From positions 26,361,781-26,425,780 of the forward strand of contig NC_069000.1 in the NCBI RefSeq assembly GCF_001194135.2: 64,000 nucleotides of DNA, read 5' to 3'. The first letter of the stretch is position 1, and every line of letters begins with the position of its first letter. Made by a program: the position numbers and the translations under genes. Positions 52,256 through 63,736 of the stretch are shown one piece after another. The stretch is from Octopus bimaculoides (Eukaryota). Under the pieces are notes generated by a model. It made no database searches, was not told the origin of the DNA, and saw only the letters and a program-made list of their open reading frames with translations.

Positions 52256-52898
52256 GGCAACACTTGTTTTCTTAACGAAACACTTTCAAACTTGGGACAC
52301 TGGTAGAATGTGTCATACAAAACAACTTTTTCTCTTAGCCTTCTTAACAAAAAATGTACATCGCAAATTATTTCATGTTAAAGTTGTCGTATTTCTGTAA
52401 TTTCAACCAATCACTGACGTCTATTCAGCTGAATACAGTCAGTGCTGGCCGGTCATAAAAATGTTATTCCCTGTGACATATTTCATCCGGTTTAATCATA
52501 ATTTATACGCATATATTGTTTATATAATAAATTACGCTGTGCGTATCTGTGTGTGTATATTTTTCCCATAACCTCATTCATAACCCTAACCCTAACCCTA
52601 ACCCCAACCCTAACCCTAATTCTAAAACCCGAACCCTAACCCTAAACTAGAGTTTGATTTGAAGAAGATTTGGCTGCTATTTCTAGGAAATGAAGCACTT
52701 GGTGGAGGTGCATTAATAATTCTGGTAGCTCCAATAACAAGTGCAGGCAATATTCAAGTATTTTGATGGCTTTTTCCCCTTTGTTTAGGAACAGTCTAGT
52801 TGATCGGAAATGTCAGAACTAACGGGGATTAATACCATATACACCGTCACAGCAGTTACTGTATTCAACTGAATAGACAATTTTTAACGTGAAATAAC
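52256..52898. mobile_element. Non-autonomous DNA element with internal inverted repeats and a (CCCTAA)n array, truncated on the right
   Basis: 52368-52447 is mirrored by 52849-52898 (ttatttcatgttaaag..gtctattcagctgaatacag vs ctgtattcaactgaatagac..ttaacgtgaaataa). Telomere-like array at about 52580-52646. Confidence 0.6.
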
Positions 52899-52915
52899 AT
52901 ATATATATATATATG

Positions 52916-55900
52916 TGTATAAAAACTAACATTTCATTTTCTGAGCTGAGATTTGAAACCGTATCTAAGGATTCTCATTTGCCTGATCTACCACTGGCCA
53001 AACAGGCATGAAAGAAATTTCTTTGTCCTGTCAAAAAGTGATAGATGGATTTCCATTCAACCTCAGACCTGAGCTGTGTCACTAGACAGCAGGTGACCTA
53101 GATAAATACAAACGACTCCTATGGTATGTCTGTTCTTCTAGCTAGGATGGCCATTATAAATACGGTTTCCTGAGACACACATCAGATAGCCAGACAGCTA
53201 GTAACAGGCAAGCAGTCAAGAGACAGCCAGATGGCAAGCCATGAGCAAGCAGTGACCAGTGGCACAAGACAGTAGCAGTTGCAGAACATAAACAGACAGG
53301 ACAGAAAAAACAACACGACCTGACCAAATGACCAACGCACACGCAGGCACAAAATATGCCATGTGCTATCTCATCAAATCAACATTCTACTTCACCTGTT
53401 GTTTTTTTACTTTTCCAACTCAAAGTAGTTGGTAACTTCATGTAGCTGCCTTTATTGAACTTGAAAAAGGTGTTATCCAGGCTGGTATATCCCAAACCAG
53501 ATGCCCCACTGTGTATATTAGTTGATGCATCTGATTCAAGAGTTGGCGGTATGCTCCAACAACTCACTGACGATATTTGGCAACCTGTATCTTTCTTCCC
53601 AAGTGCTTAAAACTCACCAACACTAAGTACAGTACCTTCAGTTGAGAATTATTGGCAGTATATCTTGCTGTCAAGCATTTTCGACACGTGCTGGAAGGTC
53701 GCATTTTCTCTATTTACACCAACCATAAGCTGCTGGTTTATGCATTCAATGCCAAGCCCAATCGTCACTCACCCAGGAAAGTCTGACATCTAGACTTCAT
53801 ATCACAGTATACAACTGACATTCACCACATCAAGGATGCAAACAAGTCTGCAGCTGATGCCCTGTCATGCATGGAGCTTAACACTATCCACACCACTGCT
53901 ACCGTTGATCTCCAGTGGATTCCAGCTGATCAACAAGATGACGAAGAACTACTAAAGCTCCGGAATTTGTCATCTCTGAAATTTCAGCAATCCCCATTAC
54001 CCTCTGCTACAGGCTATATTTGGTGCGACACCTCCACCAGCCATGAACATCCATACATGCCACAGAAACATCGACACAGCGTTTTCTCTGCTTTGCATTC
54101 CCTAGCATATCCTGGTGTCTGCACCACACAAAAGCTGATATCGACCCATTTTGTGTAGCCCAACATCAACAAGGACACCTGTGAATGGGCTAGGACCTAT
54201 GTTGTGCCAAAAAGCAAAGATCTACCAACACATTAAATCTCCCATCGGTTCCTTGCAACTCTGGATGCATGTTTTCAACAAGTGCATATTGACATCATTG
54301 GACCCTTGCTCCTTCCAACAACTGCACTCACCTGCGTCGACAGATTTTCACTTTGGCTAGAAACTTTTCCCCTATCAGACACTTCCATGGAAACTGTCAC
54401 CAAAGCGCTGGTGTTCCACTGGGTTTCACATTTTGGCACACCCATGACGATCACTAGCAACAGAGGATATCAGTTCGATTCTCACCTTTTCACCGAACTG
54501 ACTCGGGTCCTCAGGTGTAAACACATCCACACAACAGCGTATCATCTCGCAGCAAATGCCATGATCAAACACTTTCACTGCCAACTTAAGGCGGCTATAA
54601 AAGCTTATCCAGACTGCTCGAACTGGTTGGAATATCTTCCACTTATCATCCTTGGTATTCGATCATGGTTAAGGAGGAAGTTGAACATACTCTGGCTGAA
54701 CTGGTCTATGGCATGGCACTTGTCTTTCCTAGGTAGATGATCGACCCTGTTTCACTACAAGAAGTTTCCAGACCCAGCAAAATATGTTCACCAATTATGG
54801 ACATCCATGTCGCATTTGTCTCCTGCAGGCCTCAGACAACAGAATGTCACTTCACATGTCCCAAAGGACATCAATACTTGAACATGTGTGGTGGACTTCG
54901 GCCACCATATTCCAGGCCTTATAAAGTAATCCACAAAGAATAAAAGTATTTCGTTCTCGATATTGGAGGAAAACGAAATACTGTCTCTGTCGATCGCTTA
55001 AAAAAAGCATTCATGGAACATGATTTACCATCAGTTCCCACCATTCCTCAAATGGACTCAACAACATCAGCTTCACCCATTGCAAACACTTCAGATTCTG
55101 CACAACCCCAGCATACCAAATCAGGAAGAACAGTTCGATGGCCCGGAAGATATGTTCAAGTCTTTCGGGTAAGTACAAATTCTTCAGCTACCTGTTATTT
55201 CAAATGAAATGTCCACTTCAACAACTAAAAACAAATTATTTTTTCATGGCTATGAACAGTTGCCACATACACTCACATACAATCCAAAACACAGCAAAAA
55301 ACATTTTGTATATAAAAAACAAACAAACATTTTTCTATATAAATGAAAAACATTTTTTATCCACATTGTTCTGCTGATTGAACCGACAGAACATTTAACC
55401 AATGAACTTTTTGCAAGAACATTTTCATTTTTATGTAAACTTATATTTCCTTGCATGTACATATGTTTTGCTTCATTTAAAAAATGTTTTGCTCTCTACA
55501 TCACACCTGTATGCTTACACACACTTGTAACACTCATATTTCCATGTGTGCTATCACATGCTTCCCACACCATTGAAAGAAAACTTACCTCTATTAGACC
55601 TTTAGTGGGTCGCATAATCAATAGAGTTGCATATCTCTTTCAATGCACCAGCATTTATTCTTCTGCCTAGGCATATATGCATCACCTAGCATATATTGCA
55701 CACACCAACTCTGAACATTGATTTTTTGCTTTACATTTTTTCATTTCTTTCACTTAACATGCTTTTGACATGTATTCATTTGTTTCTAAATGAATGTATA
55801 CATTTTCTGCATTACACACCAAATCACGCATTTACAATATCACATGCATCTGTATTGTTCAATCTCTTTGGCTTTCTCACTGGAAGTGGGGTAGTGTAAA

Positions 55901-56411
55901 AACTAACATTTCATTTTCCGAGCTGAACTTCAAAACCGAATCTAAGGATTCTCTCTCACCTGATGTACCACTGGCCAAACAGGCGCAAAAGAAATTTCCT
56001 TGTCTTGTCAAAAAGCGATAGATAGATTTCCTTTTCTACCTCTGAGCTGAGCTGAAAGTTCAACTGGACAGCAGGCAACCTACATAAGTACAAACTACTC
56101 CTATGGTTCTAGTTAGGATGGCCATTTTAAATACAGTTTCCTGAGACACACGACAAATAGCCAGACAGCTAGTAACAGGCAAGCAGTCAAGAGACAGCCA
56201 GATGGCAAGCCATGAGCAAGCAGTGATCAGTGGCACAACACAATAGCAGTTGCAGAACACAAACAGACAGGACAGAAAAAACAACACGACCTGACCAAAT
56301 GACCAACGCACACGCAGACACAAAATATGCCATTTACTATCTCATCAAATCAACATTCTACTTCACCTGTTGTTTTTTTACTTCACCAACTCGAAGCAGT
56401 TGGTAACTTCA
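52916..56411 (+). mobile_element. Gypsy LTR retrotransposon 2, internally deleted (no PBS, gag, protease or RT core)
   Basis: LTRs about 52916-53440 and 55895-56411; PPT ggaagtggggtag. Pol remnants PLCILVDASDSRVGGMLQQL (RNase H), HLDFISQYTTDIHHIKDANKSAADALS, HIDIIGPL..CVDRF..WLETFPL (integrase) and TKSGRTVRWPGRY. TSD not resolved. Confidence 0.9.
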
Positions 56412-57141
56412 TGTAGTGGCCTTCACTGATGTTGTAAATCAAGTTCTGTGTATCCAACACGTAGATGCAATTGTTGATCAAATATATTATTTAAACTACA
56501 TTTTGATGCTTTCCTCATTGTTTTCCTTTGATGTCATCCAACATGCCTATCTTCATCTGCTACACCTGATAACGTACATTGAACCATCCACAACACCTTT
56601 TTCTACACATACCACTACACATACCATATATATATATATATATTTTATCCCTATGTAAAAATACGGATAAGTTCCTGTTAGTGAATTGGAAAGAACCACC
56701 CTTTCCAAATTAAGCAGCTGTACCTCAGACTCACGGTCACTATCTTTTCCACCTTATAACCTTATGGTTAAAGGGGATATAACTTGAATTCTCCCTCCAC
56801 TCTTGCTTTTCTTCTGTTTCCTTTTTTGTTTTCCAGTTTTTCAACCTTCTACCTTTTACATCTTCCTTCTTAGCTTTTCTCGTTCTTTTCTTTCATCCTG
56901 TTGTCCTGTTTTTAGCATGTTATGCCATGTGGACACAGCCTGAGGATTGTGCTAAAACACTAGATATGTTAAAAAAGGTTGTCTGAGCTGTTTTTATGAC
57001 ATGAAACTAATAGTAGCTGATAAAAATATATATAGTATTTATTAAATAATATTTATCTCTCATGAGATGAAGTATTTTTTTGCTGATCTTACCATCATGG
57101 AACAAGCGGACGTTAAACGACGACGATGATGATGATGATGA

Positions 57142-57184
<43 letters not shown>

Positions 57185-57305
57185 TATACTAGCAGAGATA
57201 CTTGGCATTTCTCAGTACTCATTCTACCAGTCTCTTTTGTGAAGCTGCTAATTTATAGGGATATAAATATACCAACATCAGTTGTCAAGCATGCTAGCCA
57301 CTATA

Positions 57306-57403
57306 CATTCTTTATTTTCTCTCCTTGTTTCTTTCTGTGTTCCTTTCTGTGGAAGAGCGTAGGCTCGAAATGTTAAAGACTTTTTCACTTCCCGAGCATT
57401 AAA
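57306..57403 (+). mobile_element. Penelope-like pseudo-LTR fragment (inferred) carrying a variant hammerhead
   Basis: ttctgtgttcctttctgtggaagagcgtaggctcgaaatgttaaagactttttcac: hammerhead topology within a short T-rich repeat that abuts the truncated Helitron end. Confidence 0.5.
57343..57378 (+). ncRNA. Minimal type-I hammerhead-like motif, core variant (A6U)
   Basis: Stem I CUUU/AAAG; core CUGUGGA plus extra A; stem II GAGC-GUAG-GCUC; GAAA; quasi-palindromic stem III (AUGU); predicted cleavage after U57374. Confidence 0.45.
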
Positions 57404-60400
57404 CTGACAACAGAAGTGTTACACCTCCTATTGGAGCCTGACAGTCCCGGATGTTTTTCTCTTGTGAGCCATGGTGCACTCATCCCAGACAATTAGATGA
57501 CATCTTTTAAGGACCTACCCCTGATCTGAACTTTTGCTGATATTGCATGAAGGTATCTTGGATGCTGGTAAATTCAGAGGAAGTTTAAAAGTCGAGTGCA
57601 CTGTTCTGTCACCGGGTAACAAAACAGCTGCAATCCCAGAGGAAGCCACAGCTACCGTGATATCCTGGTGCTGCCTAACTTCTTCAAGGAGAAGCTTCAT
57701 AACAAATGTTTTTCCTGTCCCTCCAGGAGCATCCGGGAAGAAGATGCTTCCCTCACATTGGTATACATTGTTAAGAATAGTTCTGTAGGCCTGCAGCTGG
57801 TCCGGAAGTAATTTTGGCTTGTTTTCAGCAACATACTTGGAAAGCGCATCAGTGTCATTGGATGTTTCACGAAGGACAGCAGTGGGAAGGCTATTTGATC
57901 CTGACCTGAATGTTTGCAGCAGGCCATATGTGGGCAATTCTTTTCCACCCAGTGTAGCATTTCTGTCTTCAATGTCAATCAGAGCTCTGTTGTAGACTTC
58001 ATCACTGATAGCCTCCATGTCAGGATAGAGCAGTTGAGTTTGCCACTTAAAGTCTTCAGTCAGGTTGTCTTTGTATTTGAGCCATAGAGAGGCAGGATCA
58101 CAGTTTGCATGTCTGTAGTAATACTGCAAATAGTGTTCTGAGACTTTTAGGTGATTCTGATACAGCAGCCTCTCCTAAAGTTGCATCCTATTGTGCACCA
58201 TCTTTTAACAGATCTTGTCGATAACAGGCTTCTCTGTATGTTGCGCAGACATGTCCATGAACTGTTTTTAGGGCCTGGAAACACATTGGCCCTCTGACCT
58301 CATGCAGTAGTAGGAGGTAGTAGCATTCGTGTTGACTGGGAAGCATTGTGTAAACTCGCCCAAGGCAAGTGTCAATACCCTTAATGTCAGGGTATCAATG
58401 AACATTTTGACCTGCCTTCCTTTGGGCCCATTTTTTTCCATTCCAAGTGTAGTACAATGGAATCTGTGGATGGATCAACTTGACAAAGCTTGAAGAATGC
58501 AGTGAGCGTTGTATCCCTCTGCCAACAGAGAAGCATTAGCATTGGTGAAGTACACCCTTTGACCATTTTCCAGGTTAACTGCAAGCTGTTGAATAGCGGG
58601 GTGTTGTTGGTAAAGTGGAAAGCCAAAGATGCACCAGAAAGCCTTGTTGCTACTTATGTACCACCCCACCTGATACTGCGTCACCTCATCCTGGTAGTGT
58701 TCTTGTTGAAGTCCAAACATTGCAGTGTAGGGACCCTTGTTCACATACTTACAAACGTATTTTATGGACTTAACTGAGTTGCAAAACTCAACATTGATGT
58801 GGGCATTGAAAGTCTTTGACAAGAGTGGGCAGTAGGGAACAATCCATCTGTTATCAACCTCGTGCTGTCCGATAGTTGCTGTGAAACTGTTGTCTTCTTG
58901 TTTTCTCCGTCTGTATGATGGGTAACCATCAGTACCTGTGTGAGTTTCTTGTAGGAACCTCCTTGGAAACCTTTTGAAATATATGCTGTCTTTCAAACAT
59001 GGTGAGTTTATGTTGAAGCCACGCCCATATGGACCTTGCACCATGTTTGCTTTAACTATGTCGTACAGTACTTTCTCTACAGCTAGATCAGGAAGCTCTG
59101 CAGAGATGATCTTGATCATCGTTGAGAACCAAAGCAGGATATGAGCATGTAGAAGGCCCATTTTTTGCTATTTGATTGTGTACAGGTCCAAAGACTTGCC
59201 CCTTTTTTATGAGCTCCATGACAGTGATTAACTTCAGATGGAAAACTCGGGCGAGGAGGTCATGCCTGTCTTTAGGCTTTTGACCCACAAAGAGTTCAGC
59301 CACAATCTCCTTCCATTTGGGATTGCATGTGAAAGTTATGAACAGGTCAGGCCTGCTGTAATGGTGCACAAAGGTCATTGCATCCTGCGTTCTTTCATGC
59401 ATATATCGGGGACTTCCCATGAACATAGAAGGCAAGATGCAAACTTTTCCTCGGCTTATTGGAGCTACATCATTGTTGATGACATCTCAGAGATAGATGT
59501 AGCTCACAGCGCAATTTTTTTGGTGTGACCTGATGAAACACAATCTCTCCAATTTCATTTTTGTGTACGTATCGACTGCAAATTGATGAAACAGCTCTTG
59601 AGACTGGTGGAGGTGATTACAACAGTTGTTTCAGGTCATAAACCAGTATGCATAGCAGTCCATGCAGGATACTGGCTTCTTGAGATATTCATTAGGATTT
59701 TGGGGATCTTGCTGCTGTATACTGATGTGGCAGCCATCCTCACCGTTAACAAACAGAAGTGGATATTGAAGCGTTTCGTAGGATCGGTGCGTTTCACTAA
59801 TTCGTTGGAGGGTGGTGTCATGTTGCCTCTGGGATTGTGCTGTTCACTGTGAAGAAGTACAGATATTTCATTGCACGTGGATGCATTGTAATGGCTTGCA
59901 TGTTCCCTAGATGGTTTTTTCTGAGCATTAATGACAACATTAAAATTTGATGAAGCTTCTGTTTCCAAGGCATATTTGAAGCTGCGTACGTAGTTGTGTT
60001 TTTGGTACAAAAGGTCTTGGAGTTGCATTGTCAGATGAAAGTTAGTGCAGTCAAAATGGAGTTTCGTCGGGTGGCTTGTTCATGTAAATTGCCCACAAAG
60101 TACAGTTGAAAGAATTGAAGATCTTGATTTTCAGCAGGTTCGAGTGATTCTATCTTATGGTATATCTGTCCCTGCATTTTAAATGTAGGCATAAATCCAT
60201 CTTCCTGAACAACATTCATGCCGAAAGATGTCATTTGGAATGCACAATTGTACTTCTGGATGTTACTGAGGAAATGTTTAAATTCTGTAGTTGTGCCAGC
60301 ATAGAGTGACTTCAAAGGCTGTGGTGGATCCTCCAGTGGAGTGGGGTTCACTTTTCCAATTTCGCAACACATAGCAGGAATTTCTCTTAACCACTTCCTA

Positions 60401-61060
60401 GCATTGCAGAAAGAGCAAGTGATGGGCATATTTCCAATGTTCATATCTGGGTGGCAATCATAATGAAGCTTAGGGTTGTAGTCAAAAGCTTTTAATGACC
60501 ATCATGAGCTGCATGGCATTGAAAACCCCCGTCTATTAGCTCTTTGTTGAACGGAAGTTTGCAGCATAGTAAATTTCTGTTGTAAGGTGTGGGAAGCTCG
60601 TGCAGCAGCCATGTTGGCAGCATTCCTGACCAGGCATGTAGTGCATTGGTCTTTGTTCTCTGCAGCTCGTGCAGCAGCAGCTGTTCGTTGAACTTCACAG
60701 TGGTGTTCAGTCTCCACATCTGATGCAGCAGCAGTCGAGGTAGCATCAGCAGTTTGTCGAACCTTACGCTGGTGTTCAGTGCCTGCAGCTCATGCAACAT
60801 CAGCAGTTCGTTGAACTTTACACTAGTGTTCAGTCTCTGCAGCTGATGCAGTAGCAGTTAAGGCAGCATCAGTGGTTCGTCGAACTGTACGCTGGTCATC
60901 TGTTTGGAGTGCTCTTGTAGTGGCTGGAGGTTCAGCATTTTGTGATCATCTAATAGAAGTTTCCAGTGATGATTCATTTGCACTCCTTGCTGATGATCTT
61001 GCTGCTTTCGCAGTTTTTCAGCCAATTAAATAAATCTTCCTTTGGGGCAGAAGGAAATGC
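57404..61060 (-). mobile_element. Helitron RepHel fragment, frameshifted and 3'-truncated inside the PIF1 helicase
   Basis: N-terminal repeats (ETEH.RxVxRxxDAA); Zn-like CSFCNARKW..MCC; YNCAFQMTSFG; Rep motifs PDLFITFTCNPKW and GLLHAHILLW; NVEFCNSVKSIKYVCKYVNKG; helicase DAPGGTGKT, AVASSGIAA..GDRTVHSTFKLP and IVWDECTMAHK; ends at IGGVTLLLS before motif III. Confidence 0.93.
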
Positions 61061-61189
61061 ACTCAGACGCATAGTTAAGTATTAGATATTAATTGAAAGT
61101 AAAGAATAAAAAGTTTAGAATGGTACAACAATGCACTATAAAACAAAAAATGGACTATATACCTGTTGTAATATGGTTATCTATAGTCC

Positions 61190-61225
61190 GATGATATTTC
61201 GGAATTACAATTCCTTCTTCAGATC
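61190..61225 (-). ncRNA. Minimal type-I hammerhead ribozyme (PLE-type), minus-strand copy
   Basis: Exact reverse complement of 61283-61318; predicted cleavage after position 61193. Confidence 0.72.
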
Positions 61226-61282
61226 TTCTTAGATGGAGTCTCTGCTATAAACTGTTTTCCAACGGTTTTCTTTTTTTCGGAA

Positions 61283-61318
61283 GATCTGAAGAAGGAATTG
61301 TAATTCCGAAATATCATC
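61283..61318 (+). ncRNA. Minimal type-I hammerhead ribozyme (PLE-type), plus-strand copy
   Basis: GAU-CUGAAGA-A-GGAAU(UGUA)AUUCC-GAAA-UAUC-AUC: intact CUGANGA and GAAA core, extra A after A9, 5-bp stem II, palindromic stem III (AUAU), AUC cleavage triplet (C61315), 3-bp stem I GAU/AUC. Confidence 0.72.
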
Positions 61319-62438
61319 AGACTATAGATAACCATATTACAACAGATATATAGTCCATTTTTTGTTTTATAGTGCATTGTTGTATCATTCTAAACTTTTT
61401 ATTCTTTACAAACAATACACAATGCTTCAAGCGAACTGCAATACTCTCTCATATATAATTGAAAGGTTACTATGTAACTGTAAATAACTTGCAACCTTGC
61501 AACTGCTGCGGTAATAATTAACTGGTAGTTGAACAGTAAATGTGTAAAATAAGATGATGTTAGTGTTATGACATTAGAATGAAAATGAAAACAATAAAAG
61601 TGAAACAATATTATAGTCTTATCACATTAGAATGGAAAGTGTAGTAATAAAACTGAAGCAATTCTCTATGACATTACAATATAGATGCTATTCTCTCACT
61701 TTGGCACATAATAGTGAACCAGTGTAAAAGATTGCTCCACACCCGCATTAGGCAAAAAGTTTGAAATTGCTTTGGTCCTTGACACTCCATGGACCGTAAG
61801 TAAGGCATGTGTGAAATTTTAAAAAAGTAATAAGAATTAGCCATGAGCACCATCGTAGCCTGGGATTGGATAGAGAAAGGGTTAATGAAAGAGCAATTGG
61901 ATGAATTGCTTAGTTTTGTTTAGTGGTGCTCATGGGGCAGAAGCTCCCATTCATGCTGCATCTGAGTCTACGAATGGTTATAGGTAAGCTGGTAGGTCTG
62001 CAGACCCGCATTAATCAAGAAGCAAAAAAATTATTGGTAAATTTTAATAAGTGCATCCACACGCATTTCACTAAGAAATACAGAAAAAACTCGAATTTTT
62101 TTTGCTTGGAATCAAGTACCCTGTTCCCCTATTCTTTAATCTCAGTATGTTTCGAAGTAGACTGAAGAAAAGAAATGGAGAAGAAGTTAAAATGTAAAAA
62201 ATTGACCGAACCAATGTAAAAGATTGCTTGGCACCCGCATTAGGCAAGATGTAAGAAATTATTTTGAAAAAAATGAAAAATGTAAAAGTTTGGAGTAGGG
62301 ACAGGGAATTGGAAATGAAAGATATTTCTTCTTTTTGCATAATTGGAATGTCTGTCATCGAAAACATGGGAATCCGCTGGAAAAGAAAGAAAGAAAAGTG
62401 GTGGGAGTTGACGTACAGGTGTACTTGTAAACATTAAC

Positions 62439-62540
62439 AGATTTGGCTGGTATTTCTAGCACGTCCTGCTAACACAGAACAGATATTTGCGAATAGCTGT
62501 TACTTGGTAGCAGCGCGTGCTAGAAATAGCAGTCAAATCT
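62439..62540. mobile_element. 102-bp miniature inverted-repeat element; degenerate sibling at about 62736-62826
   Basis: 25-bp TIRs agatttggctggtatttctagcacg / cgtgctagaaatagcagtcaaatct. Confidence 0.65.
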
Positions 62541-63705
62541 TTCATTTTCTGTGGAAAAGAGCCATTTACGCGTCATTTCGATGTTATGTTAATTAAAGTG
62601 TTAATATGAAACTGCAAATGTAAATAACTTGCAACATTGTAACAGGTGCGATAATTATGAACTGGTCATTGAATGGTAAATGTGTAAATTTGAATTAAAA
62701 TTGAAACAAACTAAGTGGAACATTGTTATGAACCGATTAGGCTGGTATTTCTAGCAATTCCTGCTACCACTGAACAGGTATTTACGATAAAGGACATGCT
62801 GTTATCACAAATAGCAGTGATCAAAGAAAATGGAGGGGATACAAAAATTGACATACATCAGCAGGTAGACATTCTATTATGTCTATTCCAAAACAAAAGG
62901 GAATAAGAGTAGATACACATGCAAAGACTGTGTGCTGCACAAATATATACTATTAATAGTAATAATAGTAATACATAAAAGAGTAAAAGATTAAAAGATC
63001 AGTTCCTTACTGCCATTTCTACCAAGAGGCCACGATATCCTCCATGCTAGCTCCATCTCTTCAGTGTTCTGTAGGGATGGGCAGATAGAGTTTGGATTTT
63101 GGGTGTGCCTCTAGGCTTCATTAGAGGGTCTAAATGGTTAGGAGAGCCGATACATACAAAAGTCAGTAACTAATAGGTACAGTATATTTTTCCTATTGAA
63201 GAGGGTATATGAAGAATAAGAGCAAGACTTAGAGTGTGAGAGGAGTAAAATTTAGTAAAATGGATTAGATATAGGGAAGGGAAGTAAGTCACAGACTTCA
63301 AGTGTTGCCTTCCAAGATTCATGTTATTTTGTCCAGTTTGTTGGCTTCCCAACTCTCACGGAAATANNNNNNNNNNNNNNNNNNNNNNNNNNNNNNNNNN
63401 NNNNNNNNNNNNNNNNNNNNNNNNNNNNNNNNNNNNNNNNNNNNNNNNNNNNNNNNNNNNNNNNNNNNNNNNNNNNNNNNNNNNNNNNNNNNNNNNNNNN
63501 NNNNNNNNNNNNNNNNNNNNNNNNNNNNNNNNNNNNNNNNNNNNNNNNNNNNNNNNNNNNNNNNNNNNNNNNNNNNNNNNNNNNNNNNNNNNNNNNNNNN
63601 NNNNNNNNNNNNNNNNNNNNNNNNNNNNNNNNNNNNNNNNNNNNNNNNNNNNNNNNNNNNNNNNNNNNNNNNNNNNNNNNNNNNNNNNNNNNNNNNNNNN
63701 NNNNN

Positions 63706-63736
<31 letters not shown>

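Larger units (their letters stand above)
61099..61409. repeat. Long palindrome: 130-bp arms (61099-61228 / 61280-61409), 51-bp spacer, 3 mismatches; head-to-head Penelope-like pseudo-LTR pair
   Basis: Arms compared base by base; each arm contains a hammerhead motif in opposite orientation. Confidence 0.92.
762..63705. other. Assembly gaps at 762-771, 2881-3129, 5763-6368, 34827-34897, 45320-45794, 47225-47234 and 63367-63705
   Basis: N runs. All ORF-track entries containing X are gap artefacts. Confidence 0.99.

Noticed and set aside
52580-52646. True telomere or chromosome-fusion scar
   Set aside because: The array is short, degenerate and embedded in an inverted-repeat element.
60640-60900. 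CRISPR-like repeat-spacer array
   Set aside because: The units are degenerate, codon-phased protein repeats in a eukaryotic Helitron, with no constant repeat, unique spacers or cas genes.
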